Assembly (NCBI GenBank): GCA_964355515.1
Contig: CAYHDV010000001.1
Span: forward strand, 26,544-90,543
DNA from: an uncultured Candidatus Saccharibacteria bacterium
GTDB lineage: Bacteria; Patescibacteriota; Minisyncoccia; Phycocordibacterales; CSBR16-119
DNA: 64,000 nucleotides
Direction: 5' to 3'
Of this stretch, positions 44,495 to 54,723 are shown piece by piece. Position numbers and translations under genes: made by a program. Below the pieces are notes generated by a model, which had not been told where the DNA came from, did not search any database, and worked only from the letters and a program-made list of their open reading frames with translations. How positions within the stretch are numbered: the stretch's first letter is position 1; the number at the start of each line of letters is the position of its first letter.

Positions 44495-45625
44495 TTAGAT
44501 TTTAATTATATCGCTCACTGTGATTATTATCATAAGAGCAACAAGGATAATAAAACCAGCGGCATTTATCCACATTACAACTTTTGGATTGATGGCTTTG
44601 TTCCTTATTTTTTCGATTAAAAGAATCAGCAGTCTCCCTCCGTCTAAAGCAGGAAATGGAAGTAGATTTAGTACAGCCAAATTGATAGAGATTATTCCAA
44701 TCAACATCAATAGTGAAGTAAACCCGCTTGTAAGTGCATCCTTTACAATACCTGCTATTCCGACAGGACCAGAAACTTGAGAGAGTACAGATATCTCACT
44801 CTTCACAAAGATATTTCCTATCAAATGACCAAGCCCAAAAACCGTTTCCTTTAACATGTGGATAGTTGTCTCTGCTCCCTGCCAAACTGCTTTGTGTACA
44901 GGAAGTCTGAGCACTCCTGACATCCCAGCTGAAACACCAATAGAAGCATAGTCCGGAGAAACAACATGAGCCCTAGGTACAAGGGCAACACTATTTTCTC
45001 TACCATCTCTTGTGTATTGAATCACTAGCATCTCATCCCGATGGTCTTTTATAAATCCAGAAAATGATTGGTCATCTAGATTTGGATAAGGTCTTTCGTT
45101 TTGAATTTCAAAAATATTCGCAATAGTATCTCCAGCCAAAAGCCCTGCTTTATCCGCGGGTGATTCGCTCAAAACATTTGTGATCACAAGCTCTTGACCA
45201 TCTCTCATGTGCTTATATAGAGAAGTATCTGAGCTAAGGATAGTTGAAACACCGAAGGTGAAAGCCACCGCAATCAAAAACCAGGCTAGAAGAATGTTAA
45301 ACAATACCCCAGCAAAAAGAACCTTGGCTTGTACCCATCTACTTTTTGCAATGAAACTATCTTTTGGTTTAGCTCCAGATAATTCTGGATCATCTGGATT
45401 TTCTCCAAATATTTTTACAAATCCTCCAAAAGGAAGTAGGTTCAATGTAAAGTCTGTGCCCTTCCAAGAAAATAGCTTTGCTACTCTGGGAGGAAATCCG
45501 AAACCAAACTCATCTACCCTGATACCGTTTCTCTTTGCAACAATAAAATGACCAAATTCGTGTACTAAAACAAGAACAGCCAGAGACAATACCAACACAA
45601 CAATCAGGACAATAATATTAATCAT
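44495..45625 (-). CDS. rseP: RIP site-2 metalloprotease RseP (M50)
   Basis: HEFGHFIVA HExxH in TM1, PDZ region, C-terminal LDGG. Confidence 0.85.
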   Translation of the reverse strand: MINIIVLIVVLVLSLAVLVLVHEFGHFIVAKRNGIRVDEFGFGFPPRVAKLFSWKGTDFTLNLLPFGGFVKIFGENPDDPELSGAKPKDSFIAKSRWVQAKVLFAGVLFNILLAWFLIAVAFTFGVSTILSSDTSLYKHMRDGQELVITNVLSESPADKAGLLAGDTIANIFEIQNERPYPNLDDQSFSGFIKDHRDEMLVIQYTRDGRENSVALVPRAHVVSPDYASIGVSAGMSGVLRLPVHKAVWQGAETTIHMLKETVFGLGHLIGNIFVKSEISVLSQVSGPVGIAGIVKDALTSGFTSLLMLIGIISINLAVLNLLPFPALDGGRLLILLIEKIRNKAINPKVVMWINAAGFIILVALMIIITVSDIIKI

Positions 45626-45627
45626 AA

Positions 45628-46179
45628 TTATACGGTCATTACTTCTACTTCTTTTTTCTGATAAATTTCTTCTAGTTTTTTGTTTGATTCATCTACTAAT
45701 TTTTGGAGATCATCTTTCAATCTCTTCATGTCATCTTCCCCCATATCTCCATCCTTTTTTTGTTTTTCTATTTCTTCGATAAAGACTTGCCTCTCTTTTC
45801 TTATGCTCACTCTAGCCTCTTCTAGCTTCCCTTTCAGAACTTTTGCAAGTTTGGCACGAGTTTCTTCGGTAAGCATGGGGAATATAACTCGAACCCCAGA
45901 GTCGCCAGATGCAGTAGAGAGTCCTAGTCCGCTATCAATAATAGCTTTTTCTACAGCTTTGATTTGTCCCTTGTCCCAAGGAGCGACAAGGAGTGTTCTA
46001 GAATCTTCGATAGAAATAGATCCTATATTTTTTATTGGTTGAGACGCCCCATACACTTCCGCATGGATAGAATCCAGAATAGCAGGACTTGCCATTCCTG
46101 TGTGTACTTGTGAATATTCTTTTTTAATCCATTCTTCAGTCCCCTGAAATGCTTGTTTCGCTTCATTTAAATTCATCAT
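45628..46179 (-). CDS. frr: Ribosome recycling factor
   Basis: 183 aa. ...RVSIRKERQ..., typical RRF length and charge pattern. Confidence 0.85.
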   Translation of the reverse strand: MMNLNEAKQAFQGTEEWIKKEYSQVHTGMASPAILDSIHAEVYGASQPIKNIGSISIEDSRTLLVAPWDKGQIKAVEKAIIDSGLGLSTASGDSGVRVIFPMLTEETRAKLAKVLKGKLEEARVSIRKERQVFIEEIEKQKKDGDMGEDDMKRLKDDLQKLVDESNKKLEEIYQKKEVEVMTV

Positions 46180-46303
46180 ATGGGTATAAGTATACTTGGG
46201 AGAGTCCCTTTTGGCAAAGTATTCAAATGACTCAGTATAAACTGAGTCATTTGAATTTGTATTTAAAAATCTGCGAATAAGTCGCAGATTCCTTTGAAAT
46301 TTA

Positions 46304-46525
46304 CTAATATACTCTTTTTTTCTTCATCGGCAGATGTATGTTTCTATACACTGAATTTAAATCATAAAAATTAGTTCTTCCTTCTTTTCCTGGGATTGGT
46401 TGTAAATTCTCACTCACAGAACCTAAATCATAGAAGTTAATCCTCGGGCGTGGTGTTCTTGCGTGCTTTGCCATGATATTTGATCTTTTATCTATTTTAA
46501 CATACTCAAAAAACCAACGCCACAT
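46304..46525 (-). CDS. Small basic hypothetical protein with internal NFYDL(G/N)SV repeat
   Basis: 73-aa ORF, likely starting at the internal MAKHARTPRP. Overlaps the 3' end of the holB-like gene by about 20 nt. Confidence 0.3.
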   Translation of the reverse strand: MWRWFFEYVKIDKRSNIMAKHARTPRPRINFYDLGSVSENLQPIPGKEGRTNFYDLNSVYRNIHLPMKKKRVY

Positions 46526-47156
46526 ACTCCGCTATCATTTTTGCTGGGGCACCTGGATTTGATAGCATCTGACGAAGTACGGGTAGCGCTTTCAAAAGTT
46601 CTTCATATTTATTGATATTCTTTTGACTATATGTGTATTCTTCCAAATCTCGAAAGAAGCTCAGCAGAGCATCTCTTTTTTCATCTGATTCTTCAATGAT
46701 TAAAAAAGTTTTTTCTACATATGCAATTCTTTCATGAGCTGGCATATTTACAAACTTTTCTGCCTCTCTTTTTTTACTCTCACTTTGGATAGTATATGTC
46801 TGCACCCTAGAGAGAATGGTTGGAAGCAATTCCAATTCATTTGGAATTATAATAAAAAATCTTTCTCCTTCTTTTACCTCTTCTATCATTTTTAGAAGAG
46901 CATTTTGGGCTTGGGTTGTAATAAATGCCCCCGAGCAAACAATTGTCTTTTGTCCAGTTACTGATGTTTGGTTATGGAAGTCTTGAAACAAACGAATATC
47001 GTCTATCGAGATTGTTGTTTTTTCTACAAGCAAGAAATCATCTCCTGTGTGTGGAGCGCGAGCGTCAGCGAGCGCTCCTAGTAGAAAACTAAGCCCTTCT
47101 CTCTGATCTCTTGTGTAGAGAACATAACTTCCTTCTTTTAAAATATTTATATTCAT
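46506..47156 (-). CDS. holB: DNA polymerase III delta'-like clamp-loader subunit (short form)
   Basis: LLKMIEEVKEGERFFIIIPNELELLPTILSRVQ matches the clamp-loader sensor-1/SRC region. Degenerate P-loop. Confidence 0.6.
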   Translation of the reverse strand: MNINILKEGSYVLYTRDQREGLSFLLGALADARAPHTGDDFLLVEKTTISIDDIRLFQDFHNQTSVTGQKTIVCSGAFITTQAQNALLKMIEEVKEGERFFIIIPNELELLPTILSRVQTYTIQSESKKREAEKFVNMPAHERIAYVEKTFLIIEESDEKRDALLSFFRDLEEYTYSQKNINKYEELLKALPVLRQMLSNPGAPAKMIAEYVALVF

Positions 47157-47195
47157 TTTATATTCTAGTTTTTTCAGAGGTTGAACCTCTGAAAA

Positions 47196-48209
47196 TCATC
47201 TTTTTGAAATAATGGATCTCTTGTATGTATCTAAGTGCTCAAGCGCAGCCCCAAGACCTTTTGCCACACAATATTCAGCATCATCAGCGAGTCGTGCCTT
47301 TACTCCAGTTTTCCTATACACAAGCTCCGGAAGATTTCGAAGTAGTGATGACCCACCTGTCATAATAATTCCCTGATCAATAATATCAGATGCCAATTCT
47401 GGAGGAGTCTCCTGCAAGACATCTTTGATAGCTCGAACGATAGCTTTTAGCTCCACATCAAGAGCCTTTACAATTTCATTTGTAGAAACCTGAGCGGTAC
47501 GAGGAAGACCTTGGATGAAGTCCCGACCCTTGATAGTTGTAGTCAGCTCTTCTTCCATATTTACAGCTGAACCAATTTTAATTTTTATATCTTCAGCAGT
47601 TTTGTCTCCAATAGCCAAGTTGAAAGTCTTTTTTATATAATCAGCAATAGCATGGTCTATCTTGTCCCCCGCCACCTTTACAGAAGTACATGCCACAATT
47701 CCCCCTAGAGAAATCACGGCCACGTCTGTTGTCCCCCCACCAATGTCCACTATCATATGCCCCCGTGCGTCATTTATAGGAATCCCTGCTCCAATAGCAG
47801 CAAGTACTGGCTCTTTCACAACAGAAGCTGACCTTGCTCCAGCTTTGATTGCCGCCTCCACTACAGCCCGCCTTTCAGTTGAAGTCACACCAGCTGGAAC
47901 AGATATCATTACATCTGGTTTAAAAAGTGAAAACTTCCCCAACACTTTATTCATAAAATACCTCAGCATTGCCTCTGTTACTCGATAATCAGCAATAACC
48001 CCATTTCTCATGGGACGATAAGCCACAATATTTTCTGGAGTTCGCCCTATCATATCTTTTGCCTCAATCCCAATAGCAAGAACCCTTTTATCATCCTCAG
48101 AAACAGCCACTACAGATGGTTCATTCAAAACAACCCCTCGCCCAGGCTCAAATACCAGAACATTCACTGTTCCAAGATCAATCCCTAGTTTTTTCGAGAA
48201 AAATGCCAT
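47196..48209 (-). CDS. mreB: Rod-shape determining protein MreB
   Basis: LGIDLGTVNVLVF, DIGGGTTDVAVISLGG, 337 aa. Confidence 0.9.
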   Translation of the reverse strand: MAFFSKKLGIDLGTVNVLVFEPGRGVVLNEPSVVAVSEDDKRVLAIGIEAKDMIGRTPENIVAYRPMRNGVIADYRVTEAMLRYFMNKVLGKFSLFKPDVMISVPAGVTSTERRAVVEAAIKAGARSASVVKEPVLAAIGAGIPINDARGHMIVDIGGGTTDVAVISLGGIVACTSVKVAGDKIDHAIADYIKKTFNLAIGDKTAEDIKIKIGSAVNMEEELTTTIKGRDFIQGLPRTAQVSTNEIVKALDVELKAIVRAIKDVLQETPPELASDIIDQGIIMTGGSSLLRNLPELVYRKTGVKARLADDAEYCVAKGLGAALEHLDTYKRSIISKR

Positions 48210-48304
48210 ACAGGGCGATTATAGCATAGTCTACATGGTTTTAAATCTTGTCATTTTTATAGCACAGGGTACAAAAAACCACCCATTCTAGGGTGGCTCT
48301 CTAT

Positions 48305-48751
48305 TCACCTTCTCATTCTTTTTGTTTTAATGTCTCCTCTTCCACACCAGAAACGATCCATTGCCCTAAGGAGTTTCCCTGGCCGCCTTTTTACTGGCAA
48401 CATCTCCTTGCTATTAAGGAACATGTTTGTCTGGACTCTCCCAACAAGGGCATAATTTGAGAGCGCACTTTCTTTCGTAAAGAAATATATGTTTCTCTCG
48501 TAAAAAATAGGAACGAGGCCGTGGAATCCTTTGACCACCCTTTCATCTTTTTCCTCTGTTTTGGAAAAAGTAAAGTTGCAGGAAAGAAGTTCTCCATTGA
48601 AAAATTTTCTCGAACCATAACCCTTCTCCCTGTCATTCTCATTTGAGAAAAGAAAGCGACTGTTGTAGTTCAAGATTAGCGCAAGCTCGGTCTCGAAATT
48701 GAAATTTTCAAATCGCAAGCCTGCAAAGGAATTTGTAACAGGTGTTATCAT
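48305..48751 (-). CDS. Hypothetical protein
   Basis: 148-aa ORF bounded by hairpin terminators at 48268-48296 and 48805-48835. Confidence 0.35.
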   Translation of the reverse strand: MITPVTNSFAGLRFENFNFETELALILNYNSRFLFSNENDREKGYGSRKFFNGELLSCNFTFSKTEEKDERVVKGFHGLVPIFYERNIYFFTKESALSNYALVGRVQTNMFLNSKEMLPVKRRPGKLLRAMDRFWCGRGDIKTKRMRR

Positions 48752-48855
48752 TTTTGTACATTTATATTTACCCGCAAATTACCACAAAATTACAATTTAT
48801 GCAAATAAAAAGCCCTGGCTATATAGCGGGCTTTCAATTGTTAGACGTTATTATC

Positions 48856-49041
48856 TCAGCGTATAATGATAGTACGAAGCAGTTCTCTTTGCCTGGATTC
48901 TTCTAACTGGAGTTTGTCCTGATATTTCTCAAGTTCTCTTTCGGCATGTTCCACAATAGCTTCCATGTCCTTGTCCTCTTGAGAAAAGTCTGGACCACGC
49001 CCTTCTGCTTCTTCAAAAATTAGGTCTTTCTTGCTTTTCAT
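48856..49041 (-). CDS. Small acidic hypothetical protein
   Basis: 61-aa ORF. Confidence 0.25.
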   Translation of the reverse strand: MKSKKDLIFEEAEGRGPDFSQEDKDMEAIVEHAERELEKYQDKLQLEESRQRELLRTIIIR

Positions 49042-49112
49042 TTTGTTCTTTTTTTAATTTATGTTGACTGTATCACATTTCGATTTAAAAACCACTATGA
49101 ATAAAAATCACC

Positions 49113-49469
49113 TTAAACAAAGGTGATTTTTTTACTATAGGGAACCAAGATTGGATCGTCCTTTCCGAGAGGGAGAAATGGATCACCCTTTGTCCTCTTG
49201 TGGTCGATCTTTCCTTTGGGAATATAGACTCTTTCCGCTGCCGGAAGAAGAAAAAAGATGAAATCTTCGGTCATTACTGGCACGTAGCTACACTTTACAG
49301 GAAGTGTCTCATCTACTATTACTTGAAAATTCATTTCTCGAGGTTTCCCAATGATATGTGGTGCTTCGCCCAATAGTATCCTAGAGTTTTGTTCTGAGAT
49401 TACTAAAAGATCTACAGAAAATTTGCTCACTCCTGGATTGCTCTCTGGTATATAAATCTTTTTGCCCAT
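49113..49469 (-). CDS. Hypothetical protein
   Basis: 118-aa ORF. Confidence 0.35.
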   Translation of the reverse strand: MGKKIYIPESNPGVSKFSVDLLVISEQNSRILLGEAPHIIGKPREMNFQVIVDETLPVKCSYVPVMTEDFIFFLLPAAERVYIPKGKIDHKRTKGDPFLPLGKDDPILVPYSKKITFV

Positions 49470-49628
49470 TATTCTGTTTTTTAGTTTTTTATATTTCTAC
49501 CACACAACAACCCACAAATCAATCCCTCGCCCGAAGTTGTTCCCCCTCTCCTGGCCAGAAGTGAGGTTGGGGTGAGGTCGCCACAAACCACCTTTCTTTG
49601 AAACTCAATTTTCATATATACTAAATAC

Positions 49629-51518
49629 ATGAAAGTTATCTCAGTAATTCCAATTATAAAAGGACCCCTCCAAAAAGAACTCACTTATTTCTCGTCAAAA
49701 AATATCGATGTTGGCGATATTGTTTCTGTTCTAGTAAGGAAAAAAGAAGTTTTGGCGCTTGCAACTCATGTCACAGATCTAGCTTCACAAAAAACTGCAA
49801 TCCGCGGAAGTGATTTTGAATTAAAAAAAATCATCACCATACACTCCAAAAATCTTCTAGACACTGGTTTTATTGAAGCAGTACGAAAAACAGCCGAATA
49901 CCATGTGCTCAGCGTCGGAGCTACACTCTTTCGCTTGATTCCCCAATCAATACTTGGTAAATCAGTGCCTAATAATAAAACCGAAGTCAATCCAAATCCC
50001 TCCATAACATCAGAAATTCTTGCATACCAAGCTTCGTCTGAAGACAGGCTTAGTTTTTATCGAACATATATTCGTGAATGTTTTGCGAAGAAGACATCTC
50101 TGTTTATCTGTCTTCCCACTTCAAAAGAAGCAGAGGACTATGCAGAAATTTTATCAAAAGGCATAGAACAATATCTCTTCTTACTTCATGGAGATCTTTC
50201 TCCAAAAAATCTTCTAACTACAGAAAAGATGATTGTAGGTGAACAGCACCCAATTGTCGTCATTGGGACTCCTCAGTTTCTCTACAGACTAACAAACAAT
50301 ACCGGAGCAATAATCCTCGAACATGAAAGCTCCCCACTTTATAAAACTTTTGTAGAACCCTTTTTTGATATCCGGACATTTGTAAGATTTCTTGCAGAAA
50401 AAAAGAAAATCACACTTATTCTTGCTGATACGATACTCCAAACCGAAACCATATGGGAAGTAAAAGAGGGTCTTCTCGAAACTCTAATGCCTCTTAATTT
50501 TCGTTTTCATGAGAAAAACAATCGCCTCCTAATAGATTCAAAAGATATACCGGAGGGCGCTTCTTGGTCACCTATCACTCCTCAACTACTTGAGATAATA
50601 AAAACCTCTATAGAAAATAAAAAAAGAGTTTTTCTTTTTACCCTCAGAAAGGGGCTTGCTCCCTTTACTGTTTGTAATGATTGCAAAAAAACACTTCTCT
50701 GCAAAACATGTGAGACTCCCCTCACCCTATACAAACAAAAAAACAAAGAAGAGAGGATTTTCGTTTGTAATACTTGCAAGGATATCACCGAGACTCTCCA
50801 GACTTGTCCATACTGCAATAGCTGGAATCTAAAACCGCTCGGTATTGGCACCGAGCACGTGGAAGAATATATTAGAAAACAAATCCCTGAGTCTCACATA
50901 TTTGTACTAGACCAAACAACAGCAACAACAAAAAACCAAGCGAAAAAAATTATTCGTGACTTTGAGTCTACACCCGGAGGAATCCTAATCGGGACAGAAA
51001 TGACTCTCCACTACGATCTCAAAAAAATACCCACAGTTGCAGTGACCTCTTTTGATTCACTCTTCGGAATTCCAAGTTTTCGAATTCACGAAAGAATACT
51101 CCATCTACTGATTCATCTAGAAAACATCTCAGAAGAAGCTTTCATCGTACAAACAAAAAATATCCAAAGCCCAATTCTTCAGAGTTTCGATGATAAGACT
51201 TTTATTCAATACTACAACAATGAAATAAAAGAAAGAGAATCTTTTTCTTACCCTCCTTTCACCACACTTATAAAAATAATCCCCGATGCCAAAACTTCAA
51301 AAGTTGAAATCAAAAAAATAGCCGAAGAATTTTTCGGAGAATACAAACCAAACCTTTTTACAACAACATACAAAAAAACAAAAGTCCCTGCCATTTTACT
51401 CAAAATACCTCGAGAGAAATGGAACCCGAACACCAAACAGCTCGATGAAAAATTAAAAAACTCTTTGTTTGGGCTCCCTCTCACCTGGACAATCCAAGTC
51501 GACCCAGAACAAACATAA
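49629..51518 (+). CDS. priA: Primosomal protein N' (PriA)-like with Cys-rich Zn-binding insert; helicase Walker A/B motifs appear degenerate
   Basis: PriA-type N-terminal DNA-binding domain, CxxC x4 cluster (CNDCKK...CKTCE...CNTCKD...CPYCNS), but no GxGKT. ILEHES stands in place of DExH. Confidence 0.6.
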   Translation: MKVISVIPIIKGPLQKELTYFSSKNIDVGDIVSVLVRKKEVLALATHVTDLASQKTAIRGSDFELKKIITIHSKNLLDTGFIEAVRKTAEYHVLSVGATLFRLIPQSILGKSVPNNKTEVNPNPSITSEILAYQASSEDRLSFYRTYIRECFAKKTSLFICLPTSKEAEDYAEILSKGIEQYLFLLHGDLSPKNLLTTEKMIVGEQHPIVVIGTPQFLYRLTNNTGAIILEHESSPLYKTFVEPFFDIRTFVRFLAEKKKITLILADTILQTETIWEVKEGLLETLMPLNFRFHEKNNRLLIDSKDIPEGASWSPITPQLLEIIKTSIENKKRVFLFTLRKGLAPFTVCNDCKKTLLCKTCETPLTLYKQKNKEERIFVCNTCKDITETLQTCPYCNSWNLKPLGIGTEHVEEYIRKQIPESHIFVLDQTTATTKNQAKKIIRDFESTPGGILIGTEMTLHYDLKKIPTVAVTSFDSLFGIPSFRIHERILHLLIHLENISEEAFIVQTKNIQSPILQSFDDKTFIQYYNNEIKERESFSYPPFTTLIKIIPDAKTSKVEIKKIAEEFFGEYKPNLFTTTYKKTKVPAILLKIPREKWNPNTKQLDEKLKNSLFGLPLTWTIQVDPEQT

Positions 51519-51535
51519 ATCAAAACACCCAGTGA

Positions 51536-51925
51536 TTACTGGGTGTTTGTGCTGAAACAGCATTCTTTGCTTCTAACAAAGTAAGGAACTACTTCAATCA
51601 GATGCTCTTCTGGATCATCAGAAAGATGATGGAATCCCTTTTTTCTCAAGCAAGACTTGATTGTTTCTCCTATTTCTTTGCAGAAACGATGAATTACTTC
51701 ATCTGTCCTTTCAGGCTGAGGATACAACCCATGGACGAAAACTATTATCTCATCTGGGTTGTTTACTCGTTCCATTTGGTTTAGAGTAAAAAATACTTTT
51801 ATCTGATCTTCCGTAATATTCATCTCCTTTACTTTACCAGCAACTTTTGTCAGTTCATATCGAATCTCAAAAAGTTGATCTGGCCTTGCCTCATGACTGA
51901 TACCGAAAACTTCGAATAATGGCAT
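51536..51925 (-). CDS. Tautomerase-superfamily protein (Pro-1), DUF1904-like
   Basis: MPLFEVFGIS... N-terminal Met-Pro. 129 aa. Confidence 0.45.
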   Translation of the reverse strand: MPLFEVFGISHEARPDQLFEIRYELTKVAGKVKEMNITEDQIKVFFTLNQMERVNNPDEIIVFVHGLYPQPERTDEVIHRFCKEIGETIKSCLRKKGFHHLSDDPEEHLIEVVPYFVRSKECCFSTNTQ

Positions 51926-52010
51926 GTCTATTTGTTTTTTTAGTTTTTCTAAAACTAAACCTTTATTCTGTTTTTGTCAATATCTTTATTTTTTTATATA
52001 AAAAAAGGCC

Positions 52011-52400
52011 TCACACGAGGCCCTTTAATTCTGAATTTTTCTCTATTTTATTTTTTTGCTTCAGGTGGTGAATCCCTGCAAAATCCTTGTGCTCTTTCTC
52101 AGGAAGCATTCTCTGCAAGACTTGAACCCCTGGAACTAGCCTAGAATTCAAAAGGATGTCTTTCGCATCAGCGAAGATGGGGTAAAAACCTTTTGTCTTG
52201 ATTGTGTTTCCCTGACTATCCACAGCACAAATCATTTTGTTTATCATCTCTGGAGTAATCAGACGACCATGCAAGTCATATGCAGTTTCGCCTTTTCTCT
52301 TTGAAAACCAACCACATAGTTTGTAGGTAGCATCATCTCCATTTCCGACAAATACTTCCCCCGTCCTTCTCTCGGGGTGAGTTTGATTAAAATCCGACAT
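52011..52400 (-). CDS. Hypothetical protein
   Basis: 129-aa ORF with terminator at 51992-52020. Confidence 0.35.
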   Translation of the reverse strand: MSDFNQTHPERRTGEVFVGNGDDATYKLCGWFSKRKGETAYDLHGRLITPEMINKMICAVDSQGNTIKTKGFYPIFADAKDILLNSRLVPGVQVLQRMLPEKEHKDFAGIHHLKQKNKIEKNSELKGLV

Positions 52401-52536
52401 ATCTTCAGTATATTTTTGTGTTCTTTTGTATTTTAGAATATGTTATCTGTGCCGAGAAATCAAGTCTTTTACACATCCCCTTTGGCCTATATACTACTTG
52501 CCTTTTAAAAGGCCTCATGTTATCCTGTGTGAACTT

Positions 52537-52770
52537 ATGTCAAAAAATAAAACCATTACAAATATTGTAAGAAAAGGGACAGAAAATGGCGCTAGCGTAT
52601 TGCGACGTTTTTCAAAACGAATGCGAGATATGGGAATCGTGCGAGAAATCAAAGACCAGAGATACCACAGCAGATTACTTTCTCCTCTAAAGATGAAAGA
52701 ACAAGCCCTAAGAAGAATCGAAAAAATAAAAGAAGTTGAACTTCTAAAGAAACTAGGAAAAATGAAGTAA
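52537..52770 (+). CDS. rpsU: 30S ribosomal protein S21
   Basis: Internal start MSKNKTITNIVRKGTENGASVLRRFSKRMRDMGIVREIKDQRYH.... Terminator hairpin at 52775-52810. Confidence 0.7.
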   Translation: MSKNKTITNIVRKGTENGASVLRRFSKRMRDMGIVREIKDQRYHSRLLSPLKMKEQALRRIEKIKEVELLKKLGKMK

Positions 52771-52836
52771 GAAAATATCACCGGCATATCTGTCGGTGAT
52801 ATTTTTATCTTCCACAACTACTGATACAATATCTAT

Positions 52837-53235
52837 ATGCAACATTTAGAAAAAGACAACTTAGAAATCACAAGACAGACAAAAGGGCCACTACCTGATC
52901 TTCCTTTTGTTGAAGCCAAGAATCTTATACTGGGAAAAGCTTACAATCTTTCTTTAGCTTTTGTAGATATCAAACAAATGAAAGAATTATCCAAAACTCA
53001 CAAAGGAAATGAGAATCATCTCAATACTCTGGCCTTCCCTCTTGATACAAAATCTGGAGAAATAATTATGAATCTCCAAACAATCAGATCCCAAGCAAAG
53101 GACTACGGGAAAACATACAGAGAACTTCTCTTATTTTTCTTTGTTCATAGCTCTCTTCATTTAAAAGGTTACAAGCACGGAAAAGAAATGGAAAGCCTAG
53201 AAGAAAAATATTTTAATCATTTCCTTCATAAATAG
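52837..53235 (+). CDS. ybeY: Endoribonuclease YbeY (rRNA maturation factor)
   Basis: Zn-binding HSSLHLKGYKHG (H-x3-H-x5-H). 132 aa. Confidence 0.7.
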   Translation: MQHLEKDNLEITRQTKGPLPDLPFVEAKNLILGKAYNLSLAFVDIKQMKELSKTHKGNENHLNTLAFPLDTKSGEIIMNLQTIRSQAKDYGKTYRELLLFFFVHSSLHLKGYKHGKEMESLEEKYFNHFLHK

Positions 53236-53479
53236 AAAAAGCATCGAAATAGATGCTTTCCCCTTGAAACTTTATAACCTGAAAACTTCAGGGTTATGTC
53301 TTACGGCATGGACCAAAATCGTTATCAGTGAGCCCAGAAAAACTAAAAAACCTACGACCATGACTTCTTTGAACTTTATTTAAATGAAATGATATTCAAT
53401 CAGAGAAGGATTGTCAAACCAAATGAGTAATTCACAATGTCTTCCCAGAATATTTTTAAAAAAGTGTTATATTAAAAGC

Positions 53480-54646
53480 ATGAAACGAAGATTATCTGTC
53501 GGCTTAGATATTGGCACAAGCTCAACAAAAGTTGTGGTGGTGGAGCATGGCAAAGATGGCACCTTCCATATTCTAGGATCAACCAAAACAGAGACTCGTG
53601 GTATGAAGCAGGGTTACCCAACTGATTTGTCAGATATTACAAAAACAGTTAGGGAGACAATTGAAGATGTCGAAAGAAAAGTTGGTCAAAAAATCCAACA
53701 TGTGACATTGTCTATTGGAGGAATTGCTCTTGAGAGTATGACCTCTTCTGGTGGGGCTATTATTTCAAGGGCCGACAACGAGATAACCGAACTCGATGTA
53801 GAAAAATCAATTACAAATTCTCTTTCATCTCTTAATCAAGCAAACAAAAAAATTCTTCATGAAATTCCTATAGAATACAGAATTGATGGAGATCCTGTGT
53901 ATGGCGACCCTATTGGTATGAAAGGACTCCGCCTCGATACAAAAACACTTTTTATAACAACCCTCGACCGTCATTACAACAATCTTATCCAAGCAGTAGA
54001 ATCAGCTGGTTTGATTGTGGATGATGTCTTGGCTAGCCCACTTGCCACAAGCCTCTCAGTATTGAGTGAACGCCAGAAAAATGCCGGATGTATACTCATC
54101 GACATTGGACAAGAAATAGTCACAACATCCATTTTTGAAAATGGAAATATTGTAGCTATAAAAACTTTTTCTGTTGGAGGTGGCCACATCACAAACGACA
54201 TTGCGCTTGGATTACAAATCCCGCTTGAAGATGCAGAACTCCTAAAGACTGGACATATCATAGGAAATTTCCCAAAAAAGAAATTAGAAGAAATAATAGA
54301 AGCGAGGCTTGCGGATATATTTGAACTTATCCAAAAATATCTAAAGAGAATCGGCAGGCACCAACTTCTACCAGCAGGAGCAATTATTGTGGGAGGTGGA
54401 TCTGCAATTGATCTTATTGAAGAGTTAGCAAAAAAGACTTTAAAGATACCTATCAGGATAGGCCAAGCAAAATCTGTCCTCCCCCACAAAACAATGCGCC
54501 AAGACCCAGCCTGGTTTACTGCTCTTGGTCTTTGTATTGCTGACCGTTTCGGAGGAAAGGGAAACACTTCCACAAACCCAGCTCTAGAGTTTCTCAATCC
54601 TATCAAAAAATTCTTCAAAGAGCTTATCAACCAATTAATGCCCTAA
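53480..54646 (+). CDS. ftsA: Cell division protein FtsA
   Basis: Start at internal MKRRLSVGLDIGTSSTKVVVVEH. Actin-fold motifs. Directly upstream of ftsZ. Confidence 0.85.
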   Translation: MKRRLSVGLDIGTSSTKVVVVEHGKDGTFHILGSTKTETRGMKQGYPTDLSDITKTVRETIEDVERKVGQKIQHVTLSIGGIALESMTSSGGAIISRADNEITELDVEKSITNSLSSLNQANKKILHEIPIEYRIDGDPVYGDPIGMKGLRLDTKTLFITTLDRHYNNLIQAVESAGLIVDDVLASPLATSLSVLSERQKNAGCILIDIGQEIVTTSIFENGNIVAIKTFSVGGGHITNDIALGLQIPLEDAELLKTGHIIGNFPKKKLEEIIEARLADIFELIQKYLKRIGRHQLLPAGAIIVGGGSAIDLIEELAKKTLKIPIRIGQAKSVLPHKTMRQDPAWFTALGLCIADRFGGKGNTSTNPALEFLNPIKKFFKELINQLMP

Positions 54647-54723
54647 TATTCGTAGTTATTGTAATTTATAGCCATTATCTGCTATGATAAGTCTACTTAG
54701 AAATAAACCGTTTTATAACCCAT

